Below, one piece after another: positions 1-7,775 of a DNA stretch of 64,000 nt; position 1 is the stretch's first letter, and each line of letters begins with the position of its first letter. Origin of the DNA: a virus; IMG/VR virus record IMGVR_UViG_3300039190_000120, positions 1 through 64,000 of that record; one strand, written 5' to 3'. The notes beneath the pieces are model-generated. The model did no database searches. It worked only from the letters and a program-made list of their open reading frames with translations, and had not been told where the DNA came from. The position numbers were made by a program, and so were the translations under genes.

Positions 1-5
1 ACGAC

Positions 6-326
6 TTGATTGGTCCTATACGGGAAGCGCTGGAAGCCTCCTACGAGCTAGAGAGGCGCTCTGAGGTCCAAGATATACCCTACGATGGGTACGACGTTGG
101 TACCGATGCGGGGGTTATGTCTTATGGACCGGAGGATACCTTCCGAAGAGAGATGCGTAACCTGCTAAAGCGTGATGCTCTGGACGTAATCCTCACGGCC
201 CTCTTCCAGCTTGGCTATGAGCAGGGCCAGAGAGCTTTGCTCCAAGAGCAAGAGAACCTCTCCAGTGGCCGCGCTTTTCAGGACCTTCTAGAGCACTTTG
301 ACAAGACGAGGTTCCAGAATGACTGA
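6..326 (+). CDS. hypothetical protein, possibly 5'-truncated by the window edge
   Basis: ORF overlaps the start of the next gene; no recognisable motif. Confidence 0.6.
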   Translation: MIGPIREALEASYELERRSEVQDIPYDGYDVGTDAGVMSYGPEDTFRREMRNLLKRDALDVILTALFQLGYEQGQRALLQEQENLSSGRAFQDLLEHFDKTRFQND

Positions 327-528
327 CGAAACCCAAGAGCTGCTGGATCTGGTCAAGCACTACCGGAAGCGTGCTGAGCAGGCAGAGGAAGCCTGTGATC
401 GCCTTGAGTCTACCAACAAAGGGTTACGTCTGACCCTAGCGACGGTCTACGAGCAGGCAACTGAGGAAGGCGTACCTGCGGGCCAACGCCTGTTCAACAT
501 CGAAGAAGAAACCAAAGCCTACAAATAA
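319..528 (+). CDS. small coiled-coil hypothetical protein
   Basis: ATG at 319 preceded by GAGG; heptad-like charged sequence. Confidence 0.65.
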   Translation: MTDETQELLDLVKHYRKRAEQAEEACDRLESTNKGLRLTLATVYEQATEEGVPAGQRLFNIEEETKAYK

Positions 529-530
529 TT

Positions 531-559
531 TTTACGGGCCTCTCTGGTTAGGGTATTGG
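531..559 (+). promoter_or_regulatory. sigma70-like promoter
   Basis: TTTACG-17 nt ending GGG-TATTGG; same layout recurs at eight other sites. Confidence 0.6.
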
Positions 560-606
560 TTAGTGTAGAGAGGGAACTAACCCATTGATCCTAGTAGGAG
601 AGCCCG

Positions 607-762
607 ATGAAGCCCAGCACGACGAAACTTGGTAAGATCCTCGCTGAGCTTGGTGTGGTTGACGAGCCTTTCACGACCTATGATCTCAAGACCGTGGGAA
701 GTCGAGAGACAGCTCTCGTAGCAATACGTATTCCTTTTGACGCGGCCCTTCTGTTGTGGTAA
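607..762 (+). CDS. 51-aa hypothetical protein (not in ORF track)
   Basis: AGGAG 596-600, ATG 607, MKPSTTKLGKILAELG...LLLW stop. Confidence 0.5.
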   Translation: MKPSTTKLGKILAELGVVDEPFTTYDLKTVGSRETALVAIRIPFDAALLLW

Positions 763-765
763 AAG
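737..765 (+). promoter_or_regulatory. sigma70-like promoter upstream of the kinase
   Basis: TTGACG-17 nt ending TGG-TAAAAG. Confidence 0.55.
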
Positions 766-798
766 ACGTATCAGACCGTTTTACGGCACAGGATAGTT

Positions 799-1344
799 AT
801 GGTGTGGAATGTACAGAAGGCTGATATGAATCTTCGAGAGTTGAAAAAATACACATCGGACCCTTGCGTTATTGTCATGGTTGGCTCTAGCGGCAGTGGG
901 AAGAGTACGTTGGCCCAAGAGCTGGCGAACGGACCGCACGAAATCGTATCGTCGGACCACTACCGGGGCGTGCTCAGTGGCGATCCCACGGAACAGAGAG
1001 TGACCGGAATCGTCTTCCAGATGATTTACGACATTATCAAGATCCGGTCGGAGTATCGCCAGCGTACGATTCTGGACGCTACCAATCTCAAGCGTCAGAA
1101 CCGAAAGGCCTACTATGGCCCCGTGGTCAAAGGCTTGCCGTCTTATGCCGTGTTGGTGGACGCCGATGAAGAGCTGTGCAAAGAGCGTAACTCCCTTCGT
1201 GACCGGAAGGTACCGGAGTGGGTGTTAGAGAAGCACGCCCAGCGATTCCAGCACGCCAAGAAGAACATTCTGGATGAAACCGAGAAGTGGACGGGAGTCT
1301 TTCACTACGATAGCGAGACGGGAGAGATTGAGGTCCTGCGGTGA
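799..1344 (+). CDS. polynucleotide 5'-kinase (AAA_33, stand-alone Pnkp kinase domain)
   Basis: P-loop GSSGSGKST, SSDHYR, ILDATN and RNxxRxRxVP lid, typical of bacterial Pnkp kinase domains. Confidence 0.85.
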   Translation: MVWNVQKADMNLRELKKYTSDPCVIVMVGSSGSGKSTLAQELANGPHEIVSSDHYRGVLSGDPTEQRVTGIVFQMIYDIIKIRSEYRQRTILDATNLKRQNRKAYYGPVVKGLPSYAVLVDADEELCKERNSLRDRKVPEWVLEKHAQRFQHAKKNILDETEKWTGVFHYDSETGEIEVLR

Positions 1345-1637
1345 ATCCAGAGCCCTACAAAGAGGTCCGGCGCTACTGGCAAGTCACCTTTATTGCGGAA
1401 GCCGCCTTACTTCTCTTTGGTGCCGGACTCTTAGCCTATTCCCTCAGTAGCTTCTGGAATGCGGTCACAAAAGACGACTGGTTCTGGGCTGTGGTCTGGG
1501 CCATCACGGCAGGATTCTGGAATGCTAAGATCTTCCTTGAGACGCTTCCCGGCCAGTACGAGGTTCGCCGCAGAGCCCGGAAGCTCATGCGGGACCACAA
1601 AGATAACCAAGCACAAGAGGACGATACCAATGACTAA
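1341..1637 (+). CDS. small membrane protein (2 TM)
   Basis: GTGA overlap with the kinase stop; two hydrophobic Trp-rich segments. Confidence 0.65.
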   Translation: MNPEPYKEVRRYWQVTFIAEAALLLFGAGLLAYSLSSFWNAVTKDDWFWAVVWAITAGFWNAKIFLETLPGQYEVRRRARKLMRDHKDNQAQEDDTND

Positions 1638-2226
1638 TCCCATCAGCGTCATCAACGCCAACATCTTGACCGCCTTCGATACCGAAACCATTGGTTCCAA
1701 GGTGACAAAGATCGTCAGGTTCATGGACTCACTGGCTCACGGTATTGCTACCACTGACTTCGAGGACCAGCGGGTACCGGGGCAAGCTGTGATTCGCCTC
1801 GATACGCTGGACCACGACGTCCTCAAGGCAGTCAGTGCTGGGGTCGGGAAACATACTCAGGACCCCTCAGATTACGTCGCACGGCTCTACAGAGGTAAGG
1901 TACGCCTGTTCCTTCGCAGAGAGAACGCGGAGCCCACCACGTCTCTCTCAGTGGTCGTCTACACGAGAGATGCCTACCTCAGTGACCCCGATGTTCAAGG
2001 TGAGCCTGAGGAGGTGCAGAGAGTCGAGGAGTCAGACGCTACGCATATCTTAGTGGCTGTCTTGGCGTCGGCGGGGGAAGATAGTTCTCCGCTCTCTCCG
2101 GGCCGTCTCGTGCACAATCTGGCAGGAGGAAACAAAGAAGCTCAGGAGTGGGATGCCGATGAAATCCGGGCGAAGGCTCGTGAGGCGGTTGACTACTACA
2201 GCGAATGGACTACCGTAGCGGACTGA
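1630..2226 (+). CDS. hypothetical protein
   Basis: ATG 1630 after GAGGA; ends EWTTVAD. Confidence 0.75.
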   Translation: MTNPISVINANILTAFDTETIGSKVTKIVRFMDSLAHGIATTDFEDQRVPGQAVIRLDTLDHDVLKAVSAGVGKHTQDPSDYVARLYRGKVRLFLRRENAEPTTSLSVVVYTRDAYLSDPDVQGEPEEVQRVEESDATHILVAVLASAGEDSSPLSPGRLVHNLAGGNKEAQEWDADEIRAKAREAVDYYSEWTTVAD

Positions 2227-2734
2227 GGGGAAACAAGATGGAAAGCCAAGAGCTGCCGCACCCACTTTTTGATGAAGTCCTCCAACTCCAACGTACTGTA
2301 GCGGAGAAACGTAGGGAAGTGGAAAGAAAGATCTCAGACCTGAAACAGGCTGAGTTCGAGAAGCTAGTGGATGGCGTAGAGCAACTCGTCACGGAAGTTC
2401 TCCCCTATGAACTCAGTAAGAAGCCCACTTCTTACGAGGATTACAAACAGGCCTTGTTTTTTCAGCTCACTGATAACATCAAGGTGCCTACCAAAGAGGG
2501 GTACTCTGAGCTGCAGGCAGGGCGTACTAAAGGTAACGCCCGTTTTGATGTGCGCACGGGCTTCTCTGAGAAACACAAGAGGGTCGTATATTCAATCAAC
2601 ATCTCCCTCTTGTACCTAAGTTTTGCCCGCCCCAACTGCCCCTCACGTCTTCGGTCCTACCGTCTTGAAGACGTTCTAAGGGAACTTCAAGGTATCCTCG
2701 AAGAATTCGAGTGGACTATCGTAGCGGACTAAGG
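2202..2734 (+). repeat. 27-nt imperfect direct repeat (2202-2228 and 2708-2734) bracketing one gene
   Basis: cgaatggactaccgtagcggactgagg vs cgagtggactatcgtagcggactaagg, 24/27 identical. Confidence 0.85.
2238..2732 (+). CDS. hypothetical protein
   Basis: ATG 2238 after GAGGGG; ends EWTIVAD. Confidence 0.7.
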   Translation: MESQELPHPLFDEVLQLQRTVAEKRREVERKISDLKQAEFEKLVDGVEQLVTEVLPYELSKKPTSYEDYKQALFFQLTDNIKVPTKEGYSELQAGRTKGNARFDVRTGFSEKHKRVVYSINISLLYLSFARPNCPSRLRSYRLEDVLRELQGILEEFEWTIVAD

Positions 2735-2742
2735 AACTTGAG

Positions 2743-3054
2743 ATGGAAGAAAGCAACCACAAGATTGGTGATTGGGCGGGCCTAGTTGACGACTTCTGGC
2801 GATCCAGAGGGTACCCCTCGAAGGTTACTCTCTGGGGTCCCCGCATCAATGTCTACATCAACGCAGAAGCCTTGGAGTGCAGCCACAAAGAAGCTGTCAA
2901 TCTCCAAATCCTGTTTGAGGCTGAATGTCAGACGGGCGGGTGGCGCTTCTATAAGGGACCCAACCCGCACCGTCTACAGGATTATGACGATCCTCTGGAT
3001 GCGTGCCAGCAGGCCTATGAGGCTCTGGTCGCGAAGACACACCCGGTGAAGTAA
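2743..3054 (+). CDS. hypothetical protein
   Basis: AAGGA RBS, tight operon spacing. Confidence 0.65.
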   Translation: MEESNHKIGDWAGLVDDFWRSRGYPSKVTLWGPRINVYINAEALECSHKEAVNLQILFEAECQTGGWRFYKGPNPHRLQDYDDPLDACQQAYEALVAKTHPVK

Positions 3055-3055
3055 A

Positions 3056-3607
3056 ATGCAAGGTCAGTTAAGCGAAAAGCAGAGGGCTGCTCTCCAGCAG
3101 GTGGTGAGGAACCGATTGAGGGGCATGGTTCAGGGCCGTAAGGTCTACGACTTGGGCGCGGGTACGTGCCATCTGTCACGCATCTTATTGGATCTAGGAG
3201 CTTCTGAGGTGGTGGCTATTGACCGTCACCCCAAACCCGACGATCTACCTTATCACCAGAACCTGAGGTACCGTCAAGCGTACTTCCACGATCTGGACCC
3301 TATCACAGATGGGGTCGCTTTCCTGAGCTGGCCGCAACAGTACATCAAAGAAATCGTACCGGTGGTAGCTCCAGCAGACACGATTGTCTACTTGGGGTGC
3401 AACACAGATATGTCAGCTTGTGGACCGGACGAGTTCTGGGAGTACGTACAGGGGAGGGAGTTGGTAGCCCATATTCCCTCCAAAAGGAATACCCTTCTAG
3501 TCTATGGGGGGCCACAACCAGAAGGGCATCGGGAACTCGTCCTTGAAGAGCGGGCAGGGCTCGATAGATCCCGTATCTACTCCTACAGTGAGTCCTATGA
3601 AGTATGA
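3056..3607 (+). CDS. class I SAM-dependent methyltransferase
   Basis: motif I VYDLGAGTC, then VVAID acidic motif II and LSWP. Confidence 0.75.
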   Translation: MQGQLSEKQRAALQQVVRNRLRGMVQGRKVYDLGAGTCHLSRILLDLGASEVVAIDRHPKPDDLPYHQNLRYRQAYFHDLDPITDGVAFLSWPQQYIKEIVPVVAPADTIVYLGCNTDMSACGPDEFWEYVQGRELVAHIPSKRNTLLVYGGPQPEGHRELVLEERAGLDRSRIYSYSESYEV

Positions 3608-3716
3608 ACCGCCGAAACTCAAGAAGCTAGGCAAGCTCAGTCAGCTTATCCGCATGGGATCAGGACCTTGCAATTGTCCCGGTCAAGGCTGTGGAAACGC
3701 CCCGTTCTGCCCGTGA
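3597..3716 (+). CDS. 39-aa RiPP-precursor-like peptide (lasso-type leader, 4-Cys core)
   Basis: MKYEPPKLKKLGKLSQLIRMGSGPCNCPGQGCGNAPFCP; YxxPxLxxxG leader motif; overlaps the methyltransferase stop. Confidence 0.6.
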   Translation: MKYEPPKLKKLGKLSQLIRMGSGPCNCPGQGCGNAPFCP

Positions 3717-3718
3717 CC

Positions 3719-4723
3719 TTAGTCGTTATTGCGGGATTCAATGCGGGCACGCATCTGCTCCAGAATGCCTTCCTCAACACCGGCAGCCTCTAGAGAGGCA
3801 ACCATCTCAGGAGTCATCGGGCCGGTATAGACCTGACCACTCTCAAGGAAGTCATTGAAGGTGGGCTCGCTCGCCATGATCAGGTAGTGGTGAGCTACAA
3901 TCTTAGCGATCTTGACGGACTTGGCTACCTTGGAGGTAGCACTCTTCTTTTTGTCTAGCTTTTTGATCACGGTTCCATCTCCCATATAGGTATGTTCAAG
4001 TGCGGGTACGAGGTAATTACTTCGCAAGGTTGCGGCTTCGTGCCCAACCTCTTTAGCGACATTCTCCAGTGCCTTTTTGAATTCCTTTTCGAGGACCTTC
4101 TCCCGCTCTTTCTTATCCTCCGGGAGCTTCTTACCTCCCTTCCGCACCTTCTTTAGCTCTTCCTGCATCAGGCGGTTGGCGTGGTATCCACGTACGTCCT
4201 TCGCTGTAATATCGAACGAGGTGAGGTACTCATTGACGTCCTTCGCTCTCACGCACGTCTTGTCCTTCCCATCATCACAGTCAAAGATGAAGTCGTCTTT
4301 GTCCTTGCCTTCCATTTGCTCTTTGAGGGCCTTCGCAAGGGCGGCGTCCTCGATGGTCTTCTTGTGATCAACACCAGACTTCCCGGTGTAATCAAACGTG
4401 ACCTTGTTGCCGCTGACACTGATATGCTTCTTCTTCCAGACGGTGACGCCGTAGTGCTCATTCTCTTTTGCGCTCTTCTCATTGCCAACACGCTCGTAGG
4501 TCTTATCCATCAAGGCTACAGCGAGGGCTTGGAGGCGCTTCCGGTCATCATCGGATTTGAGATCCTCTTTGACCTTCTTGCGGAGCTTGTCGATGTTCTG
4601 GTTGAGCTTCTCGACCTTCTTGGCCTTTTCCCGGTTACGGTGCTGGACCTGTTTGTCCGAATACTCGTAGACCGTCTCCCCATCTTCGGTCTTTTTCTTC
4701 TTCTTGTATTTAGCGTCAGCCAT
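3719..4723 (-). CDS. DNA topoisomerase IB with C-terminal extension
   Basis: catalytic pentad in ERVGN, GKSG, KDVR, GHE and LRSNY; His-to-Tyr spacing of 9 as in poxvirus TopIB. Confidence 0.9.
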   Translation of the reverse strand: MADAKYKKKKKTEDGETVYEYSDKQVQHRNREKAKKVEKLNQNIDKLRKKVKEDLKSDDDRKRLQALAVALMDKTYERVGNEKSAKENEHYGVTVWKKKHISVSGNKVTFDYTGKSGVDHKKTIEDAALAKALKEQMEGKDKDDFIFDCDDGKDKTCVRAKDVNEYLTSFDITAKDVRGYHANRLMQEELKKVRKGGKKLPEDKKEREKVLEKEFKKALENVAKEVGHEAATLRSNYLVPALEHTYMGDGTVIKKLDKKKSATSKVAKSVKIAKIVAHHYLIMASEPTFNDFLESGQVYTGPMTPEMVASLEAAGVEEGILEQMRARIESRNND

Positions 4724-4753
4724 GAGTCAGTTCCCGCTCAAAAGGTCGTCAGG

Positions 4754-5102
4754 TTACAGGCTTCTCTGTAGCTCTTCAAGCATACCGTGAAGGTCAGTAG
4801 CGGCGGCCTTGAGATCACCCGACTGACCCTTAGCCTGCTGAACACGACGGCTCAGGCGGCGAGGATCTTCGCCAGCTTCCATCCCCTCGATCAGCTTGTT
4901 CAGCTCACCTTCGAGGTTGGCCTTAGCGTACCCAGCCTTCTGGAAGGAGTAAGCCAGTTGACCGGCCACGTCGTCAAAGGCTGGGTACGCTGTATCCGGC
5001 AGCTTCTTTACCTGTGAGCTGATCTAGCACAGGACGGATATGGTCTTGTAGCTCCGGCTTCTCTGCACCGAGGCGGATCAGTTGCTCTTTCAGGTTATTC
5101 AT
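4754..5102 (-). CDS. leader-bearing hypothetical protein with an apparent +1 frame break
   Basis: ATG 5102 frame (MNNLKEQLIRLGAEKPELQDHIRPVLD...KEAA) stops at 4974; the +1 frame continues DTAYPAFDDVAGQLAY... to 4754; span is 3n+1. Confidence 0.6.
4925..4991. repeat. perfect 15-bp inverted repeat with 37-nt spacer
   Basis: agcgtacccagcctt (4925-4939) / aaggctgggtacgct (4977-4991). Confidence 0.9.
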
Positions 5103-5131
5103 TTGACAGTCTCTATCTACTAGGGTATAGG
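5103..5131 (+). promoter_or_regulatory. sigma70-like promoter for the phosphatase-ligase operon
   Basis: TTGACA-17 nt ending GGG-TATAGG. Confidence 0.7.
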
Positions 5132-5224
5132 TTGATAGTCATTGGTACGGAATAGATACGTACCGATGCTTTCTTACACCTGTTACAGGGTACAAATAGA
5201 ATAGCGGTCAAATAGAGAAGAGCC

Positions 5225-5932
5225 ATGAGCGATACACAGGATGCCAAAAATGTTACCCACTTCGACGCCGTTGGAGACGTCCACGGCTGTCACTACGAGC
5301 TATTAGAGCTTGTGGAGAAGCTGGGCTATGTCGAAGGTGACGACGGCCTCTACCGACACCCGGAAGGACGTAAGCTCGTCTTGGTGGGTGACATAACGGA
5401 CCGTGGATACTACAATAGTCTGGCCCTCCAGTTGGTCTACCGCCACTGGAAAGCTGGTGAGTGGTATTGGGTACAGGGCAACCACGACAACAAGATGTTC
5501 CGGTGGATGAAAGGCAACCCGGTGCGTCCGTCACACGGCCTCCAGAAAACCATCACCGAATTGGAACAGGGCTGGCCCTTCGATGAAGACCGTGAAGAGC
5601 TGGGACAGTACCTCCTCGACGAAGTACCCACCAAGATAGAGCTTGACGATGGGAACGTCGTGGCAGTCCACGCTTATAACGGGAAGAGCCGCCTGCGTAT
5701 GTACGGAAAGCGGGGAGGACCGGACAACGAGCGTATAGAGTGGTGGAAGGATTACGAGGGGCCTGAGTTCGTCGTATTCGGCCACTACTGGCTCAACGAC
5801 CCTACGGTGTATGAGCACTACTGCTGCGTAGACACGTCCTGCGTCTGTGGGGAGACTCTCACGGCTATGAGATGGCCGGAGAGGGAAGTTGTGCAAGTCG
5901 ACGCCAAGCAGGTGTATTATGAGTCACGATAA
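5225..5932 (+). CDS. metallophosphoesterase, Pnkp phosphatase/PrpE-like
   Basis: GDVHGC, HPEGR, VGDITDRG, GNHD, HGL, VFGH, DTSCVCGETLTAMRWPE. Confidence 0.88.
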   Translation: MSDTQDAKNVTHFDAVGDVHGCHYELLELVEKLGYVEGDDGLYRHPEGRKLVLVGDITDRGYYNSLALQLVYRHWKAGEWYWVQGNHDNKMFRWMKGNPVRPSHGLQKTITELEQGWPFDEDREELGQYLLDEVPTKIELDDGNVVAVHAYNGKSRLRMYGKRGGPDNERIEWWKDYEGPEFVVFGHYWLNDPTVYEHYCCVDTSCVCGETLTAMRWPEREVVQVDAKQVYYESR

Positions 5933-6218
5933 GCCTGTTCTCAAAATCTTGCACGGAATCAAGGGTGCCCTGTTTTACGTGTGGCAACCCTTGCTTCTCC
6001 CCCTAGCTCTCGTGGTCTGCGCTCTCTGGGCGGTACTTGTACTTCCTGTCACGATGGTGGTAGCAACGGCATACGGCTTTCTGGATAAGTATGTCCAAGC
6101 CGGATCGTATGAGTCTTTCGGGGCAGAGCAGGAAAGCCCAGAGTACATCTGGAAAGAGCGCATGTGGAACGTACTGAAGCTGTTGGCAAGACCTATTGAG
6201 AAGATACTAGACATATGA
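5919..6218 (+). CDS. small membrane protein
   Basis: long hydrophobic segment; overlaps both neighbours. Confidence 0.6.
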   Translation: MSHDKPVLKILHGIKGALFYVWQPLLLPLALVVCALWAVLVLPVTMVVATAYGFLDKYVQAGSYESFGAEQESPEYIWKERMWNVLKLLARPIEKILDI

Positions 6219-6463
6219 GTGAGAAGAGTCGACAAGTATTGGGCGTTGCGGCAGTAACCCTGCTCCCTCTGGCCTACATCGTCGTGTTATTTTTCCTTCT
6301 AGTGCACTGTATAGCGGTCATACCCTTTGCGGTTCCCGCTGCCTTTCTCATGGGTCTGTTCTCCGTCACAGGAAACAAAGCCAAAGCCAATAAGTGCACT
6401 AAGTTTTTGGATTTCGTCTATACCCCGGTGAACCGGGTGATGGACATAGTTGAGCAATTATGA
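6215..6463 (+). CDS. small membrane protein
   Basis: ATGA overlaps on both sides; hydrophobic hairpin. Confidence 0.6.
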   Translation: MSEKSRQVLGVAAVTLLPLAYIVVLFFLLVHCIAVIPFAVPAAFLMGLFSVTGNKAKANKCTKFLDFVYTPVNRVMDIVEQL

Positions 6464-7722
6464 AAGCTGTAACGAACGTACATATCGACTATCTGTTGGA
6501 TCAGCTTCTGGAAGATCCCGAAGCCGTCCTCTCCCTCATTGACGAGGACGAGGACCTGAAGCGTCGGGAAAATACCGATGGTCTTGTGATTGCGAATGCG
6601 AGCAAGACTCTCTGGACACCGGAGTATGAGCACCAACTGTACGCCAAAGGCATTGTCTACAGGCGAGATCCGTACGAGCTGGTATCTCTCCCCTTGCTCA
6701 AGGTCTACAACTACGGTGAGAAGGAAGTCGTCAACGACCTCACGGACGAGATGGCTGAGCAGTCAGACCTTCGCTTGACGCTACCTGTCAAAGAGGATGG
6801 TTACATGGCTCAGTTGTTCGAGTGGGACGGCTCCGTGTATACCACGACCCGTTCTATCCTCGAAGGGGTCGAGATGGATACCAGCGGCTTCGACTTCGAC
6901 TACGTGGGCAATATCCGCAAGGTCGCAGAGGACAAGTATCCGGCTCTCCTAGATCCTGAGGTGATGCGTGATAAGACCGTCGTGTGCGAGGCGATCCACC
7001 CGGAGACCCGGATTGTCACTGACTATGGAGATCGGGAGGCCCTCGTGGTGCTCTCTGTTTTCGATAGGGAAACGCACACGTACTGGTCCAACAACCGAGT
7101 CCGGGCATGGTGCCTAGAGCATGACCTGAAAGGGGTGGACTACCTTGCTTCGGAGGTGACTCTGGAGGAGGCGTGCGCCATGATTTCCGAACTGGAGGCA
7201 GAGCATATCCCGGAAGGTGGTATGCTCTGCTTTGAGCGAGAGGGACGGATTACCCACAGGGTCAAGTTGAAGTCGGCTGAGTGGAGTCGCTATTTCTCTG
7301 CCAAGTACAACTGTACCCTCAAGAGTCTGGCTGAGTTGATCTTCATGGAGCCGGAGTATGAGGAGTGGGAAAACGTGGAGCAGCTCCTGATTGACGAGGA
7401 CATACCAGAAGAAGTTCTGGAGCATTACGAGGAGCACCACAAAACATATCTGGAGTGGCTCGACGCCTGCCGCCTCGAAGCCGCTGAAATGCAGGAAGAG
7501 CTGGATACGGTCCTCGAAAAGGTAGGACCGTTGGACGGGGACAACGGCGCGAAGGATCTAGTCCTCCACATCAAAGAGCATTACTCCAAACGAGAGTTCC
7601 ACCTCCTGATGGGAGCGTACCGCAAAGGGGACGGTGTGCTCTTCACGATTATGTGGCAGAACGAGCTGTTCAACGGTAGCAAATTGTTGGTCCAAGAGGC
7701 TCGACTGGCCGCATCTCAGTAA
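6460..7722 (+). CDS. RNA ligase, T4 Rnl1-like
   Basis: LPLLKVYNYGE, motif I KEDG, CEAIHP..RIVTDY, motif IV EGGML, motif V RVKLKS. Confidence 0.85.
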   Translation: MKAVTNVHIDYLLDQLLEDPEAVLSLIDEDEDLKRRENTDGLVIANASKTLWTPEYEHQLYAKGIVYRRDPYELVSLPLLKVYNYGEKEVVNDLTDEMAEQSDLRLTLPVKEDGYMAQLFEWDGSVYTTTRSILEGVEMDTSGFDFDYVGNIRKVAEDKYPALLDPEVMRDKTVVCEAIHPETRIVTDYGDREALVVLSVFDRETHTYWSNNRVRAWCLEHDLKGVDYLASEVTLEEACAMISELEAEHIPEGGMLCFEREGRITHRVKLKSAEWSRYFSAKYNCTLKSLAELIFMEPEYEEWENVEQLLIDEDIPEEVLEHYEEHHKTYLEWLDACRLEAAEMQEELDTVLEKVGPLDGDNGAKDLVLHIKEHYSKREFHLLMGAYRKGDGVLFTIMWQNELFNGSKLLVQEARLAASQ

Positions 7723-7729
7723 TGCTTTT

Positions 7730-7768
7730 CTATGAGGGGTCTGGTGAAAGCTAGACCCCTCATAGGAG
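7730..7768 (+). promoter_or_regulatory. 15-bp stem-loop with GAAA-containing loop overlapping the RBS of ORF 7776
   Basis: ctatgaggggtctgg-tgaaag-ctagacccctcatag; AGGAG at 7764-7768; no U-tract after the stem. Confidence 0.7.
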
Positions 7769-7775
7769 TTAAAGA

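Noticed and set aside
3056-3607. Calling the methyltransferase Hen1
   Set aside because: Only generic SAM-binding motifs are visible; the Hen1 metal-binding ExxEH and downstream His motifs are not evident.
4940-4976. Invertible phase-variation switch between the 15-bp inverted repeats
   Set aside because: Inverting the segment still leaves a frame-0 stop just after the second arm, and no recombinase is nearby.
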